A DNA stretch of 63,762 nt, filler included, from Coriobacteriales bacterium (GTDB lineage: Bacteria; Actinomycetota; Coriobacteriia; Coriobacteriales; UBA8131): NCBI GenBank assembly GCA_031263105.1. It is 6 parts of 6 records of this genome, joined end to end, with 100 filler letters (N's around TTAATTAATTAA, not from the genome) between each part and the next. Parts side by side here need not be neighbours in the genome. Positions count along the whole stretch, not along the records: positions 19,687 to 41,333 come from JAISGJ010000176.1; 5 more parts are not named here. The stretch is one strand, 5' to 3'. Under the pieces are notes generated by a model that saw nothing but the letters and a program-made list of their open reading frames with translations, did no database searches and was not told where the DNA came from. Below, piece after piece: positions 24,521 through 33,765 of the stretch (position 1 is its first letter; each line of letters opens with the position of its first letter). The translations under genes and the position numbers were made by a program.

Positions 24521-27142
24521 TCAGGCGGGGGCTATCGTCACCGTCGTGTCCCCAAGAACCTTGGCGTACTGCACCAAGTTCACAGGCACTAATTCGCCGT
24601 GCTCGTCGGCATAGGCTTTCGCGCAAGTATTCGCATAATCGACCGCCCCTTGGACGGTGTAGCCGAACGCCAGGCCGTCGTTGTACTTCTGCTTCCAGTG
24701 CAGCCCCGCCGGGGTCAGCCCGTCTATCGAGCCGGTGAAGCCCAGGACGGCCTGTGCGCCGCAGTCCCGCGCGGCCTCGCAGAGGTTGTCGCCGAAGTGG
24801 TCGTCCCCGTCGTCGTCGCCCTCCAGGTAGCCTGCCGTGTTGCAGCCGACGAAGGAGATGAGCCTCGTGGCCGAGAGGTCCCTGCCCAGCAGCCCGGCGT
24901 AGTTGACCAGGGTGTCCGCGGACTGCCCGTCGCCGCCGCACCAGACGCCGCACATGTACGGGGACCCCGTGGGCTCGTCGCCGAACAGGGACGCGTACTC
25001 GTAGTCGCCGCAGACCAGGCTCATGTAGTTGGCGTGCCCGTCCAGGTAGACGACGTCGCTCCCGAGCCTGTCCGCCCCGGCCGGGTTCTGCCCCTTCAGA
25101 TAGCTGTCCGTCGGCTTGAGGTTGTAGTAGCTCTCGTAGCCCAGCTCCCCGTAGGTGTCGGCGGCGTAAAGGATGCTTGGGGTCAGGTCGCCGCCCAGGT
25201 CCTCCCTTCTCGCGACCCAGACGTTCCACCAGCTGACCCCCTTGAAGTCGCACCCTATGGAGTAGGCGTACTTAGGGGGCGAGGCGGGCGGGCCGGTGTC
25301 CACCCACCAGAACTGCGAGGGCGCGAGGATGCCGACGATGTCCGTCTCCTCCTCGCTACAGGGGTCGTCCGAGTAGTAGGACGCGCGCGAGGAGCCGTTG
25401 TAGTACGCGAACTGCGACCAGTAGGGGTCGGCGGAGCCTGTGGCGTCCCACCACGCACGGCCCGCCGCGAAGCACGCCTCGAGGAAGGCGGCGGTGGCGG
25501 CGCCGTAGGTGACCGTGCCGGTCTTGTTGAGCATGTACTGCGCGACCGTCGGCACGTCGGCGAGGTTCACGTGGTAGACCCTGTCCACCCAGTAGCAGTA
25601 GGTGGCGTCGGGGTTGCCGCCGTAGAGCGCGGGGTAGACCCGCGCGAAGGCCCAGGCCGCCTTGGCGCTCTTGTCGGCGGTGTAGTTGCGCTGGCAGTAC
25701 AGCAGGGGCGACATGCCGTCCGCCGTCGTGTCGACGAGGCCGAAGCCCTGGTTGGAGCTCGTGCCGAAGTCGTCGCCCGCTATGACGGCGCTGGCGGCGG
25801 GCAGGCCGTGGGCGGCGAGCCAGTTGGGCACGAAGCTGGGGACCCGGTAGTTCGCGTTGATGCCCACGCCGGAGGTGTTCCTGCCGCCGGTGGTGCCCGA
25901 GAGGTCGGTGAGCACGGTGGCGTTGTAGACGACGGCGTCCACGTTGGCGAGCGCGCCCGGGCTGCTGGCGGGCACTATGCAGGCGGGGTTGGACCTGACG
26001 ATGTCCTCCACCTGCATGGAGATGCCGCCGACGAAGGGGATGCCGGAGTCGAAGGTGTCGGTGACGAGGGGCAGCGTGGCGCGGTAGCCGTAGCCGATGG
26101 TGCCGTTGTTGGCGGCGTAGCAGGCGGCGGAGGCGGGGGGCGCGCCCGTGTCGTCGCCTGCGAGCAGGCCCGAGGCCTGGGGGGTGAGGAAGTAGCCCAC
26201 GCCGGCCTGGTCGATGGAGTAGAGGTAGGCGACGGTCTTCCTCCGGGCGTTGCCGAGGTCTATCTGGGAGGCCACCCAGAGCAGGTTGCCCCTGATGGCC
26301 TTCTCGTAGTCCACGGCCGCGGCCACGGCGTCGTTGCCGTAGCGGGTCTCCTTGTCCTGCTCCACGGCCTTGACGCCCTCGGCGACCTCGGCGAGCCGGC
26401 CCATCGTGTAGACCTGGGCCCAGATGTTCGTGGCGTCGTTGCTCGTGAAGGCGGGTTCGTAGCCCGGCTCGGCGCCGCCCGACAGGTAGCTGTAGGTCTC
26501 GGTCTGCGAGTTCGAGCCGTCCGGCAGCTCGTCCTGCCAGTTGGTGTAGTGGTTCGCCCCGAAGAGGATGTCGGGGTCGTACTCGAGGCCCGCGACGGTG
26601 GGGGCGCCGCCGGCCGCGTTGCCCTTGGTGCTGGCGGTCCCGTTGGAGTCGCCCCAGGAGGCGAAGGGGTTGGACATCCAGGTGGTGGCGTGCAGGGGGG
26701 TCGGGACGGGGGCGAGCGCTATGTTGTAGTACAGGTTCTGGTAGTAGGCGTTCGTCTCCTCGTTGACCGACGTGGCCCAGATCGCGAGCCCCGCGCCCAC
26801 GTAGGTGGCCAGCTGGCCGGCCGTCGTACCCGTGTACTGCTGGGGCGAGTCGGCCGGCCCCGCCGTGAAGTCGAAGTTCGTGTTGCTGATCCCCAGGAAG
26901 TCCGGCCCCGCGCTGCCGTCGCGCACGCCGAAGGTCGTGAGGAAGTCGGGGTCGACGGCCTTCGCGCTCGTGGGCGTCGACCAGTAGGGCACCGAGGGGG
27001 CCGCGAGGGCCGTGCCCGCGCCCGTGAGGGCGAGCGAGGCCGCGAGGAGGCAGGCCAGCGCCGCCCTCCCGATGCGGCCGGGGGTTGAGCTCCGTTGCTG
27101 CTTCATGCTCCCCTTCGCGCCCGTGCGCTCCTTCATGTCCAT
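24521..27142 (-). CDS. Secreted protein paralog B: shared 616-aa N-terminus plus C-terminal caspase/gingipain-fold-like domain
   Basis: Sec signal (…GTALA); C-terminal DVVYLDGHA, ISFVGCNT, GAQAVLGF suggest a His-Cys dyad (inference). Confidence 0.85.
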   Translation of the reverse strand: MDMKERTGAKGSMKQQRSSTPGRIGRAALACLLAASLALTGAGTALAAPSVPYWSTPTSAKAVDPDFLTTFGVRDGSAGPDFLGISNTNFDFTAGPADSPQQYTGTTAGQLATYVGAGLAIWATSVNEETNAYYQNLYYNIALAPVPTPLHATTWMSNPFASWGDSNGTASTKGNAAGGAPTVAGLEYDPDILFGANHYTNWQDELPDGSNSQTETYSYLSGGAEPGYEPAFTSNDATNIWAQVYTMGRLAEVAEGVKAVEQDKETRYGNDAVAAAVDYEKAIRGNLLWVASQIDLGNARRKTVAYLYSIDQAGVGYFLTPQASGLLAGDDTGAPPASAACYAANNGTIGYGYRATLPLVTDTFDSGIPFVGGISMQVEDIVRSNPACIVPASSPGALANVDAVVYNATVLTDLSGTTGGRNTSGVGINANYRVPSFVPNWLAAHGLPAASAVIAGDDFGTSSNQGFGLVDTTADGMSPLLYCQRNYTADKSAKAAWAFARVYPALYGGNPDATYCYWVDRVYHVNLADVPTVAQYMLNKTGTVTYGAATAAFLEACFAAGRAWWDATGSADPYWSQFAYYNGSSRASYYSDDPCSEEETDIVGILAPSQFWWVDTGPPASPPKYAYSIGCDFKGVSWWNVWVARREDLGGDLTPSILYAADTYGELGYESYYNLKPTDSYLKGQNPAGADRLGSDVVYLDGHANYMSLVCGDYEYASLFGDEPTGSPYMCGVWCGGDGQSADTLVNYAGLLGRDLSATRLISFVGCNTAGYLEGDDDGDDHFGDNLCEAARDCGAQAVLGFTGSIDGLTPAGLHWKQKYNDGLAFGYTVQGAVDYANTCAKAYADEHGELVPVNLVQYAKVLGDTTVTIAPA

Positions 27143-27463
27143 GCGCCCTGCCCCTTCCCACTGTCGCCATACGAGGATAATCGCGTCACCTACTCAGTAT
27201 GGGATTTACCTCGGGTGAATGCAAGGGGTTCTTTTTCACGCGATGCGCAGATGCGCCCATCCGGTGCACGCGCGGTGCATCGGGCGGGGCAGGATGGACG
27301 CGCATGCGTGTCAGGTGGACAGGGTCGGTCGGCAGCGCCCTTGCGCAGGGAGGGCTGTCAGGGCTTGCCCCCGCATTCAGGGCACTTGCCCCCGCATTCC
27401 CAATGACGCGGAGGGCACGGTTTCACAAAATGAGTTGCTGAATATCCATAAATCGAGTAGTGT

Positions 27464-28771
27464 ATGGCTATCAAATTGAGTAACGCTACAGAGAGGGACA
27501 GGGTTTCACGCATGGGAGACGACCAGTATATCAGGCGCATAGTCGATGTGGAGCTTGCAGAGCAGTTGGAGGCTATGGGCGCCGTTCTTGTCGAAGGGCC
27601 AAAATGGTGCGGCAAAACGCGCACTTCGCTGGAGGCGTCAAAGAGCGCCTTTTATGTGTCACGGCAAAGGGCCCTGGCGATGGATCTGCCTGACGTGGCG
27701 CTGAGCGGTGAGACTCCTCGCCTGATCGATGAGTGGCAACTGGTGCCCAAGCTGTGGGATCATGCCCGTGCGATTATCGACGAGCGGTCTGAGCCGGGAC
27801 AATTCGTCTTTACAGGCTCGGTGGTTCCCGAAGACGCGAAGCCGGTGCACAGCGGGGCGGGTCGATTCGCGCGAGTCACAATGCGCGCGCTGTCGCTCTA
27901 TGAGTCCGGCGAGTCCAACGGCACGGTATCTCTTGCCGCATTGTTCGATGGCGATTCTGTTGCGCCACAGGAAACCGCATTGCCCGCTATCAGCGACCTG
28001 GCATGGGCGTTGGTGCGCGGCGGATGGCCAGCGTCATTGAGGCTGTCCAAGGATGCGGCTGCTCGTATCCCGCGCAATTACCTCGATGCCATAGAGAACG
28101 CGGACGTGGAGTTCATAGAAGACGAGAGCATTGCATGGGACAAGATCAAAATCAGGCTGCTCCTGCGCTCCCTGGCAAGGGTCTCGGGTCAAGGCGTCAA
28201 TCTGTCGAAAACCGTGGAAGACGTGCGCTCCCAGACAGGCATCCTGACTCGAAAGACCGCAGCATATTATGTCAACGCGCTTAAGCGTCTGTTTGTCATT
28301 GAGGACCAGCCTGTCTGGAGGGCATCATTGCGGTCCAGGGCGATACTCCGAGAAACGCCGAAGCGACATTTCATAGACCCGTCCCTTGCCGCTGCTGCCC
28401 TGGGCGCGTCTGCCGGCAGGCTCTTGCAAGACCACGCAACCCTGGGACTGCTGTTTGAGACACTTTGTTATCGGGATTTAAATGTCTACGCCCAACCCAT
28501 AGGAGGGCAGCTGTATCACTATAAAGACAGTTCGGGGCATGAGATCGATAACATAGTCGTGCTCCCCGACGGCAGATGGGCGGCGATTGAGGTCAAGCTG
28601 GGGGACACGTTCTTGGAGAATGCGGCGGCAAACCTCGCCTCTGTCAAAGAGCGCATCAATGCCGAATCCGTCGGCGACCTCGCTTTTATGGCCATCCTGT
28701 ACGCAGGCAGATATGCCTATATGCGACGCGACGGCATACAGGTAGTGCCCATAGGTTGCCTTGGGCCGTAG
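27464..28771 (+). CDS. AAA_14 ATPase with DUF4143 / PD-(D/E)xK C-terminus
   Basis: GPKWCGKT, LIDEWQ, TGS, PKRHFIDP, EID…IEVK; lower GC than flanks. Confidence 0.9.
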   Translation: MAIKLSNATERDRVSRMGDDQYIRRIVDVELAEQLEAMGAVLVEGPKWCGKTRTSLEASKSAFYVSRQRALAMDLPDVALSGETPRLIDEWQLVPKLWDHARAIIDERSEPGQFVFTGSVVPEDAKPVHSGAGRFARVTMRALSLYESGESNGTVSLAALFDGDSVAPQETALPAISDLAWALVRGGWPASLRLSKDAAARIPRNYLDAIENADVEFIEDESIAWDKIKIRLLLRSLARVSGQGVNLSKTVEDVRSQTGILTRKTAAYYVNALKRLFVIEDQPVWRASLRSRAILRETPKRHFIDPSLAAAALGASAGRLLQDHATLGLLFETLCYRDLNVYAQPIGGQLYHYKDSSGHEIDNIVVLPDGRWAAIEVKLGDTFLENAAANLASVKERINAESVGDLAFMAILYAGRYAYMRRDGIQVVPIGCLGP

Positions 28772-28894
28772 TTCACGGAAAGCCTGCATCTCGTCAATCC
28801 GCCCTTGCGTGGACGGGAGCGGCATGATCGCCGATGTGCGAGTGGGGCGACAAGGAGGGGCGGGCGGGGCGTTGACGGTCGTGCAGCCCCTTTG

Positions 28895-30010
28895 TCAGTT
28901 CGCACCCGGCCGCCCGTCCCCCTGGGCGGAGGAGGGGGCCTTCGCCTTGCGGCGCCTCGCGCACAGGGCGAGGGCCGCAGCGAGGGCCGCGACGGCTGCG
29001 AGGGCGATGGCGGCGGGGAGGAGGGCGGGGGGCGGGGCGGGCGCGTCTTGCGGGGGCGGGGCGGGATCCTGCGCCGCGCCGCCGGGGGGCGGAGGGGCGG
29101 AGGCGCCCGGCGTGTCGGCTGAGGCGGGGCCGACCGCCGCGTCCGTGCCCGAGGGGGACGACGGCCCGCCGGGCGGAGAGGAGGAGGGGCTTTCCGCGCC
29201 TGTGGTCGCGGGCTCTTGGCCTGTCTGGCCCCCGGGTGTCGTGGCCGCCGGCTCGTCGGCGGTCTTCTCCGGGGGCAGGGAATCGACCTTCTCCTTGACG
29301 TACCCATAGTCGAAGACGAACTCGGCGTCCTCGCTTGGCCTCTCGATGCCGAGGGCCTCCCAGGGGGCGGTGGCGGGGTGGATGACGGTCATGGTGCCGA
29401 GGTTGCCCTCGTCGTCGGGGTAGATGGCGACCGGGGAGTGGAAGTAGGGCAGGCCGCCCACCAAAAGGGGGATGCGGTCGTAGATGCCGGTGCGCTCGGC
29501 GGCTACGGCGTAGTAGTCAAGGTGCCTGTCCTCGAAAAGGTACGAGCCTTCCGCATACCACTGCCCGACGCGGCTTTCCTGAAGGGACAGCCACTCCGTG
29601 TTGGCGAGCAGCTCTTCGCCGATTTTTGAATAGTCGAGCGGCTCGCCCTTGCTGACATTGACGCACACAGTGTCATTGCCGATATAAACCGGCACCTCGA
29701 GGATGTACCCGCCTGCCTCCAGTGCCTGCTGAACTTCCTCAAAACCGCTCTCTTGAAGGCTGAAGATGTCCGTCGTGTTATAGAACTTGAACGACTTGGC
29801 GAGATCGATGTCGGCAGCAGTCGCGGGCCTCTCGATCTCGCTTCCCCAAAGGTTCACCTCATAGACGCTCTGCTCGGTTATCTCCTCCTGGTTCAAGTCC
29901 GTCGGCAGTCCGGCATCGTATTCCATGCCATACGAGGCGCTCGGGCCCTGGAGCAGCAGGGCCGCCAGCAGGGCCGCCAGCAGACACGGGATGCCTCGCT
30001 TATGTCTCAT
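28895..30010 (-). CDS. Secreted surface protein with C-terminal Pro-rich stalk and TM anchor (partner of paralog A)
   Basis: ATG 11 nt after the paralog A stop; signal peptide MRHKRGIPCLLAALLAALLL; C-terminal TM followed by RRRK. Confidence 0.8.
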   Translation of the reverse strand: MRHKRGIPCLLAALLAALLLQGPSASYGMEYDAGLPTDLNQEEITEQSVYEVNLWGSEIERPATAADIDLAKSFKFYNTTDIFSLQESGFEEVQQALEAGGYILEVPVYIGNDTVCVNVSKGEPLDYSKIGEELLANTEWLSLQESRVGQWYAEGSYLFEDRHLDYYAVAAERTGIYDRIPLLVGGLPYFHSPVAIYPDDEGNLGTMTVIHPATAPWEALGIERPSEDAEFVFDYGYVKEKVDSLPPEKTADEPAATTPGGQTGQEPATTGAESPSSSPPGGPSSPSGTDAAVGPASADTPGASAPPPPGGAAQDPAPPPQDAPAPPPALLPAAIALAAVAALAAALALCARRRKAKAPSSAQGDGRPGAN

Positions 30011-30021
30011 GCAGGAACCCC

Positions 30022-32478
30022 CTAACCCGCTATCCAGACGCTGTGTGTGTAGACGGCGCCGTTGCCGCTTTGGATGTTCCATCCGCCTCCGGTGAGGCTG
30101 TAGTACGGAAACAATGCGGTGCCGCAGTCGTACCAAGGGTCAACGAAGGTCACGCGGGGGCTTGCCGTGTTCGCGTCGCTGTACCCCTTCACCACCACGG
30201 CGTGCGCGCCGCCGCCCGCCCATTCCACGAAGGCGACCACGGGCTGGCCCGAGTCTATCTCGGCACAGTGCGAGGACAGGGACAGAACGGCCCCCGAGCC
30301 TGCGCTCACCGTGCCATGGGCGACGTGCTCGATGCCCGTGGCGATGTCCGTGAGGGTGCCCCCCTCGTCCAGCGCCCATTCTGCGTCTATGCCGACGCCG
30401 AGCAGGAAGTCGTAGACGTAGCCGTAGGCGCGGTTGAGGAGCTGGTCGTGCCAGGCAGTGACGCCGGCCCTGTCGAACACCACGTCCCACTGCGTCCTGT
30501 AGGTCTGCGGGTACAGACGCTTGCCCACCATCTCGGCGGAGGCGGCCCAGCACCACTTGTCCATCTCCTGCTCGACGCGCGTGACCGAGACGCTGTTCGA
30601 CGAGGGCGGCGGTGGGGGCTGCGGGGGGCTGGTGTCCACCCACCAGAAGACCGAGGGGGCGAGGATGCCGACGGCGTCCACCTCCTCCTCGCTCTCGGGG
30701 TCGTCCGAGTAGTAGGACGCGCGAGAGGAGCCGCTATAGTGGGCGAACTGCGACCAGTAGGGGTCGGCGGAGCCGGTGGCCTCCCACCACTGGCGGCCCG
30801 CCGCGAAGCACGCCTCGAGGAAGGCGGCGGTGGTCTGGCTGTAGGTGACGCCGCCGCTCTTGTTGAGCATGTACTGCGCGACCGCCGGCACGTCGGCGAG
30901 GTTCACGTGGTAGACCCTGTCCACCCAGTAGGCGTAGGTGGCGTCGGGGTTGTCCCGGTAGAGCGCGGGGTAGACCCGCGCGAAGGCCCAGGCCGCCTTG
31001 GCGTTCTTGTCGGCGGTGTAGTTGCGCTGGCAGTACAGCAGGGGCGACATGCCGTCCGCCGTCGTGTCGACGAGGCCGAAGCCCTGGTTGGAGCTCGTGG
31101 CGAAGTCGTCGCCCGCTATGACGGCGCTGGTGGCGGGGAGGCCGTGGGCGGTGAGCCAGTTGGACACGAAGCCGGGGACCTGGTAGCTCGAGTTGATGCC
31201 CACGCCGGAGGTGTTCCTGCCGCCGGTGGTGCCCGAGAGGTCGGTGAGCACGGTGGCGTTGTAGATGACGGCGTCCACGTTGGCGAGCGCGCCCGGGCTG
31301 CTGGCGGACACTATGCAGGCGGGGTTGGACTTGACGATGTCCTCCACCTGCATGGAGATGCCGCCCAAGAAGGTGGCGCCGGAGTCGAAGGTGTCGGTGA
31401 CGAGGGGCAGGGTCGCGCGGTAGCCGTAGCCGATGGTGCCGTTGTTGGCGGCGTAGCAGGCGGCGGAGGCGGGGGGCGCGCCCGTGTCGTTGCCTGTGAG
31501 CATGTTCTGGGCGGTGGGCGTGAAGAAGTAGCCCACGCCGGCCTGGTCGATGGAGTAGAGGTAGGCGACGGTCTTCTTCTGGGCGATCCCGAAGTCGATC
31601 TGGGAGGCTATGTAGAGCAGGTTGCCCCTGATGGCCTTCTCGTAGTCCACGGCCGCGGCTATGGCGTCGTTGCCGTAGCGGGTCTCCTTGTCCTCGTCGT
31701 CGGCCTTGACGCCCTCGGCGACCTCGGCCAGGCGGCCCATCGTGTACACCTGGGCCCAGATGTTGGTGGCGTCGTTGCTCGTGAAGACGGGCTCGTAGCC
31801 CGGCTCGTCGCCGCCCGACAGGTAGCTGTAGGTCTCGGTCTGCGAGTTCGAGCCGTCCGGCAGCTCGTTCTGCCAGTTGGTATAGTGGTTCGCCCCGAAG
31901 AGGATGTCGGGGTCGTACTCCAGGCCCGCGACGGTGGGGGCTCCCGTGGCGACGTTGCCCTTGTGGCTCGCGGTCCCGTTGGAGTCGCCCCAGGACGCGA
32001 AGGGGTTCGACATCCAGGTGGTGGCGTGCACAGGGGTCGGGATCGGGGCGAGCGCTATGCTGTAGTACAGGTTCTGGTAGTAGGCGTTCGTCTCCTCGTT
32101 GGCCGGCGTGGCCCAGATCGCGAGCCCCGCGCCCACGTAGCCGGCCAGCTGGCCGGCCGTCGTGGCCGTGTACTGCTGGGGCGAGTCGATGCTCCCCAAC
32201 GTGAAGTCGAAGTTCGTGTTGGAGATGCCCAGGAAGTCCGGGCCCGCGCTGCCGTCGCGCACGCCGAAGGTCTTGAGGAGGTCGGGGTCGACGGCCTTCG
32301 CGGCGGCGGGCGCCGACCAGTGGGGCACCGGGGGGGCCGCGAGGGCCGTCCCCGCGCCCGCGAGGGCGAGCGAGGCTGCGAGGAGGCAGGCCAGCGCCGC
32401 CCTCCCGATGCAAGCTGGGGGCCTGCCCCGCCCCCGCCCCGTGCGCCCCTTCGCGCCCGCGCACTCCTTCGTGTCCAT
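30022..32478 (-). CDS. Secreted protein paralog A: shared 616-aa N-terminus plus C-terminal papain-like (C39/AvrRpt2-like) domain
   Basis: Q-x5-C motif QEMDKWCWAAS, GAHAVVVKGY, FVDPW (Cys-His-Asp). Confidence 0.88.
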   Translation of the reverse strand: MDTKECAGAKGRTGRGRGRPPACIGRAALACLLAASLALAGAGTALAAPPVPHWSAPAAAKAVDPDLLKTFGVRDGSAGPDFLGISNTNFDFTLGSIDSPQQYTATTAGQLAGYVGAGLAIWATPANEETNAYYQNLYYSIALAPIPTPVHATTWMSNPFASWGDSNGTASHKGNVATGAPTVAGLEYDPDILFGANHYTNWQNELPDGSNSQTETYSYLSGGDEPGYEPVFTSNDATNIWAQVYTMGRLAEVAEGVKADDEDKETRYGNDAIAAAVDYEKAIRGNLLYIASQIDFGIAQKKTVAYLYSIDQAGVGYFFTPTAQNMLTGNDTGAPPASAACYAANNGTIGYGYRATLPLVTDTFDSGATFLGGISMQVEDIVKSNPACIVSASSPGALANVDAVIYNATVLTDLSGTTGGRNTSGVGINSSYQVPGFVSNWLTAHGLPATSAVIAGDDFATSSNQGFGLVDTTADGMSPLLYCQRNYTADKNAKAAWAFARVYPALYRDNPDATYAYWVDRVYHVNLADVPAVAQYMLNKSGGVTYSQTTAAFLEACFAAGRQWWEATGSADPYWSQFAHYSGSSRASYYSDDPESEEEVDAVGILAPSVFWWVDTSPPQPPPPPSSNSVSVTRVEQEMDKWCWAASAEMVGKRLYPQTYRTQWDVVFDRAGVTAWHDQLLNRAYGYVYDFLLGVGIDAEWALDEGGTLTDIATGIEHVAHGTVSAGSGAVLSLSSHCAEIDSGQPVVAFVEWAGGGAHAVVVKGYSDANTASPRVTFVDPWYDCGTALFPYYSLTGGGWNIQSGNGAVYTHSVWIAG

Positions 32479-32598
32479 GCGCCCTGCCCCTTCCCGTTGT
32501 CTCCGTCCGAGGACAATCGTGCCGCCCGTCCAGTATGGGGCTTGCCTCAGGTGAATGCAAGGGGCCCTTTTTCACGCGACGTGCGTATCGGGCGAACA

Positions 32599-32743
32599 GT
32601 TACACCCCACCGTCATTCCGAGGCTCGCCGAGGAATCCTCGGCTGCGAAGCAGCCGACCGCAGGCCGAAGGGCCTTCCACTGCGGTCGACCGCTGACGCG
32701 GTCGAAGATTCCTCGGCGAGCCTCGGAATGTCAGTGGGGTTGT
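32599..32743. repeat. MITE/REP-family element
   Basis: GTCATTCCGAG…CTCGGAATGTC arms with GAGGAATC/GATTCCTC interior. Confidence 0.85.
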
Positions 32744-32782
32744 GAAGAGGGGCGGTCGGCAGCGCTCCGTTGCGAAAGAGAT

Positions 32783-33298
32783 CTACCGCCCCTCGCCTCC
32801 GGCGTCGCTGACGTCCCCATCCCCGGCATCACCGTCGCCGACCTCCTTGAAGCCCCCGCCGTCGCCCGCACGTCCCGCACGCCTGCGCGGGAGCAACGAC
32901 AGCAGCTGCCGTGCGTGCAGGGCCACGTGCAGGACGAGGAGGGCGAGGAGCAGCTTGGCGGAGACGGCGTGGAGGGGCTCCCAGACGAAGTAGCCCTGCG
33001 CCACGAGGCCGAGGGACGGGAGCACGTGGCGCGACACGAAGAGGCCGGACACCGTGACCGCCATGAAGCACAGGAGCAGGGCGACATCGAGCACGAGGCC
33101 GAGCACGGAGGAGGCGGCACGCCTCCGAAGCGCGCCGACGACGGCATCGGCGTTGACGGCGCAGTGGACGACGAAGGCCACGACGACGCCGAGCGACAGC
33201 CACTCGTGGACGGCGAGGCCGCTGAGGGAGGGGTTCGCGGCGACGAGGTAGAGCAGCGTCGCCGCGAGGTCGATGACGGCCTTGGCGCGTGACGACAC
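32783..33298 (-). CDS. Small cytochrome-b-like membrane protein (DUF4405-like)
   Basis: Four hydrophobic helices with His residues (HEWL, VVHC, LHAVS, LHVALH). Confidence 0.7.
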   Translation of the reverse strand: MSSRAKAVIDLAATLLYLVAANPSLSGLAVHEWLSLGVVVAFVVHCAVNADAVVGALRRRAASSVLGLVLDVALLLCFMAVTVSGLFVSRHVLPSLGLVAQGYFVWEPLHAVSAKLLLALLVLHVALHARQLLSLLPRRRAGRAGDGGGFKEVGDGDAGDGDVSDAGGEGR

Positions 33299-33313
33299 GA
33301 GCGCCCTCCTTCC

Positions 33314-33730
33314 TTACAGCTTCCTGACCAGCGCGACCAGGCCGACGACGAGGACGACTGGCGCGAGTATCCAGAGGTTCATGCTGGCGTCGCTCGGCTT
33401 GCCGCGCAGGGCGCCCGCCTCGATGCGCTCCCAGGCGTGGCAGGCCACGTCGGTGCAGCCTGCGACCTGCGGGCACTGCATCGTGAGGCTGCCGTCGGGC
33501 TCAGGCGCGGGCGCGGCGGCATGGCAGGCGCCGTCGGGCTGCACACAGCCCGCGACGGGACAGGGCGTCGTGGCGGCGATGCGCTGCGGCAGGCCGACCT
33601 CCGGCGACGCGCTGAGGGCGACGCCGGAGTACACCAGCGCCCCGACGAGGGCGAAGAGCGCCGACGTCGCCACGAGCCTCTTTGTCAGAGAGGGGCGCAC
33701 GCACTCAGCCCTTCGTGTCCGGGAACGCAT
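33314..33730 (-). CDS. Small two-TM protein with duplicated Cys/His motif
   Basis: CPVAGCVQPDGACH and CPQVAGCTDVACH between N- and C-terminal hydrophobic segments. Confidence 0.7.
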   Translation of the reverse strand: MRSRTRRAECVRPSLTKRLVATSALFALVGALVYSGVALSASPEVGLPQRIAATTPCPVAGCVQPDGACHAAAPAPEPDGSLTMQCPQVAGCTDVACHAWERIEAGALRGKPSDASMNLWILAPVVLVVGLVALVRKL

Positions 33731-33765
33731 CTGCCACAGCCGTTATGAGGGACGCCCGCACGCGC

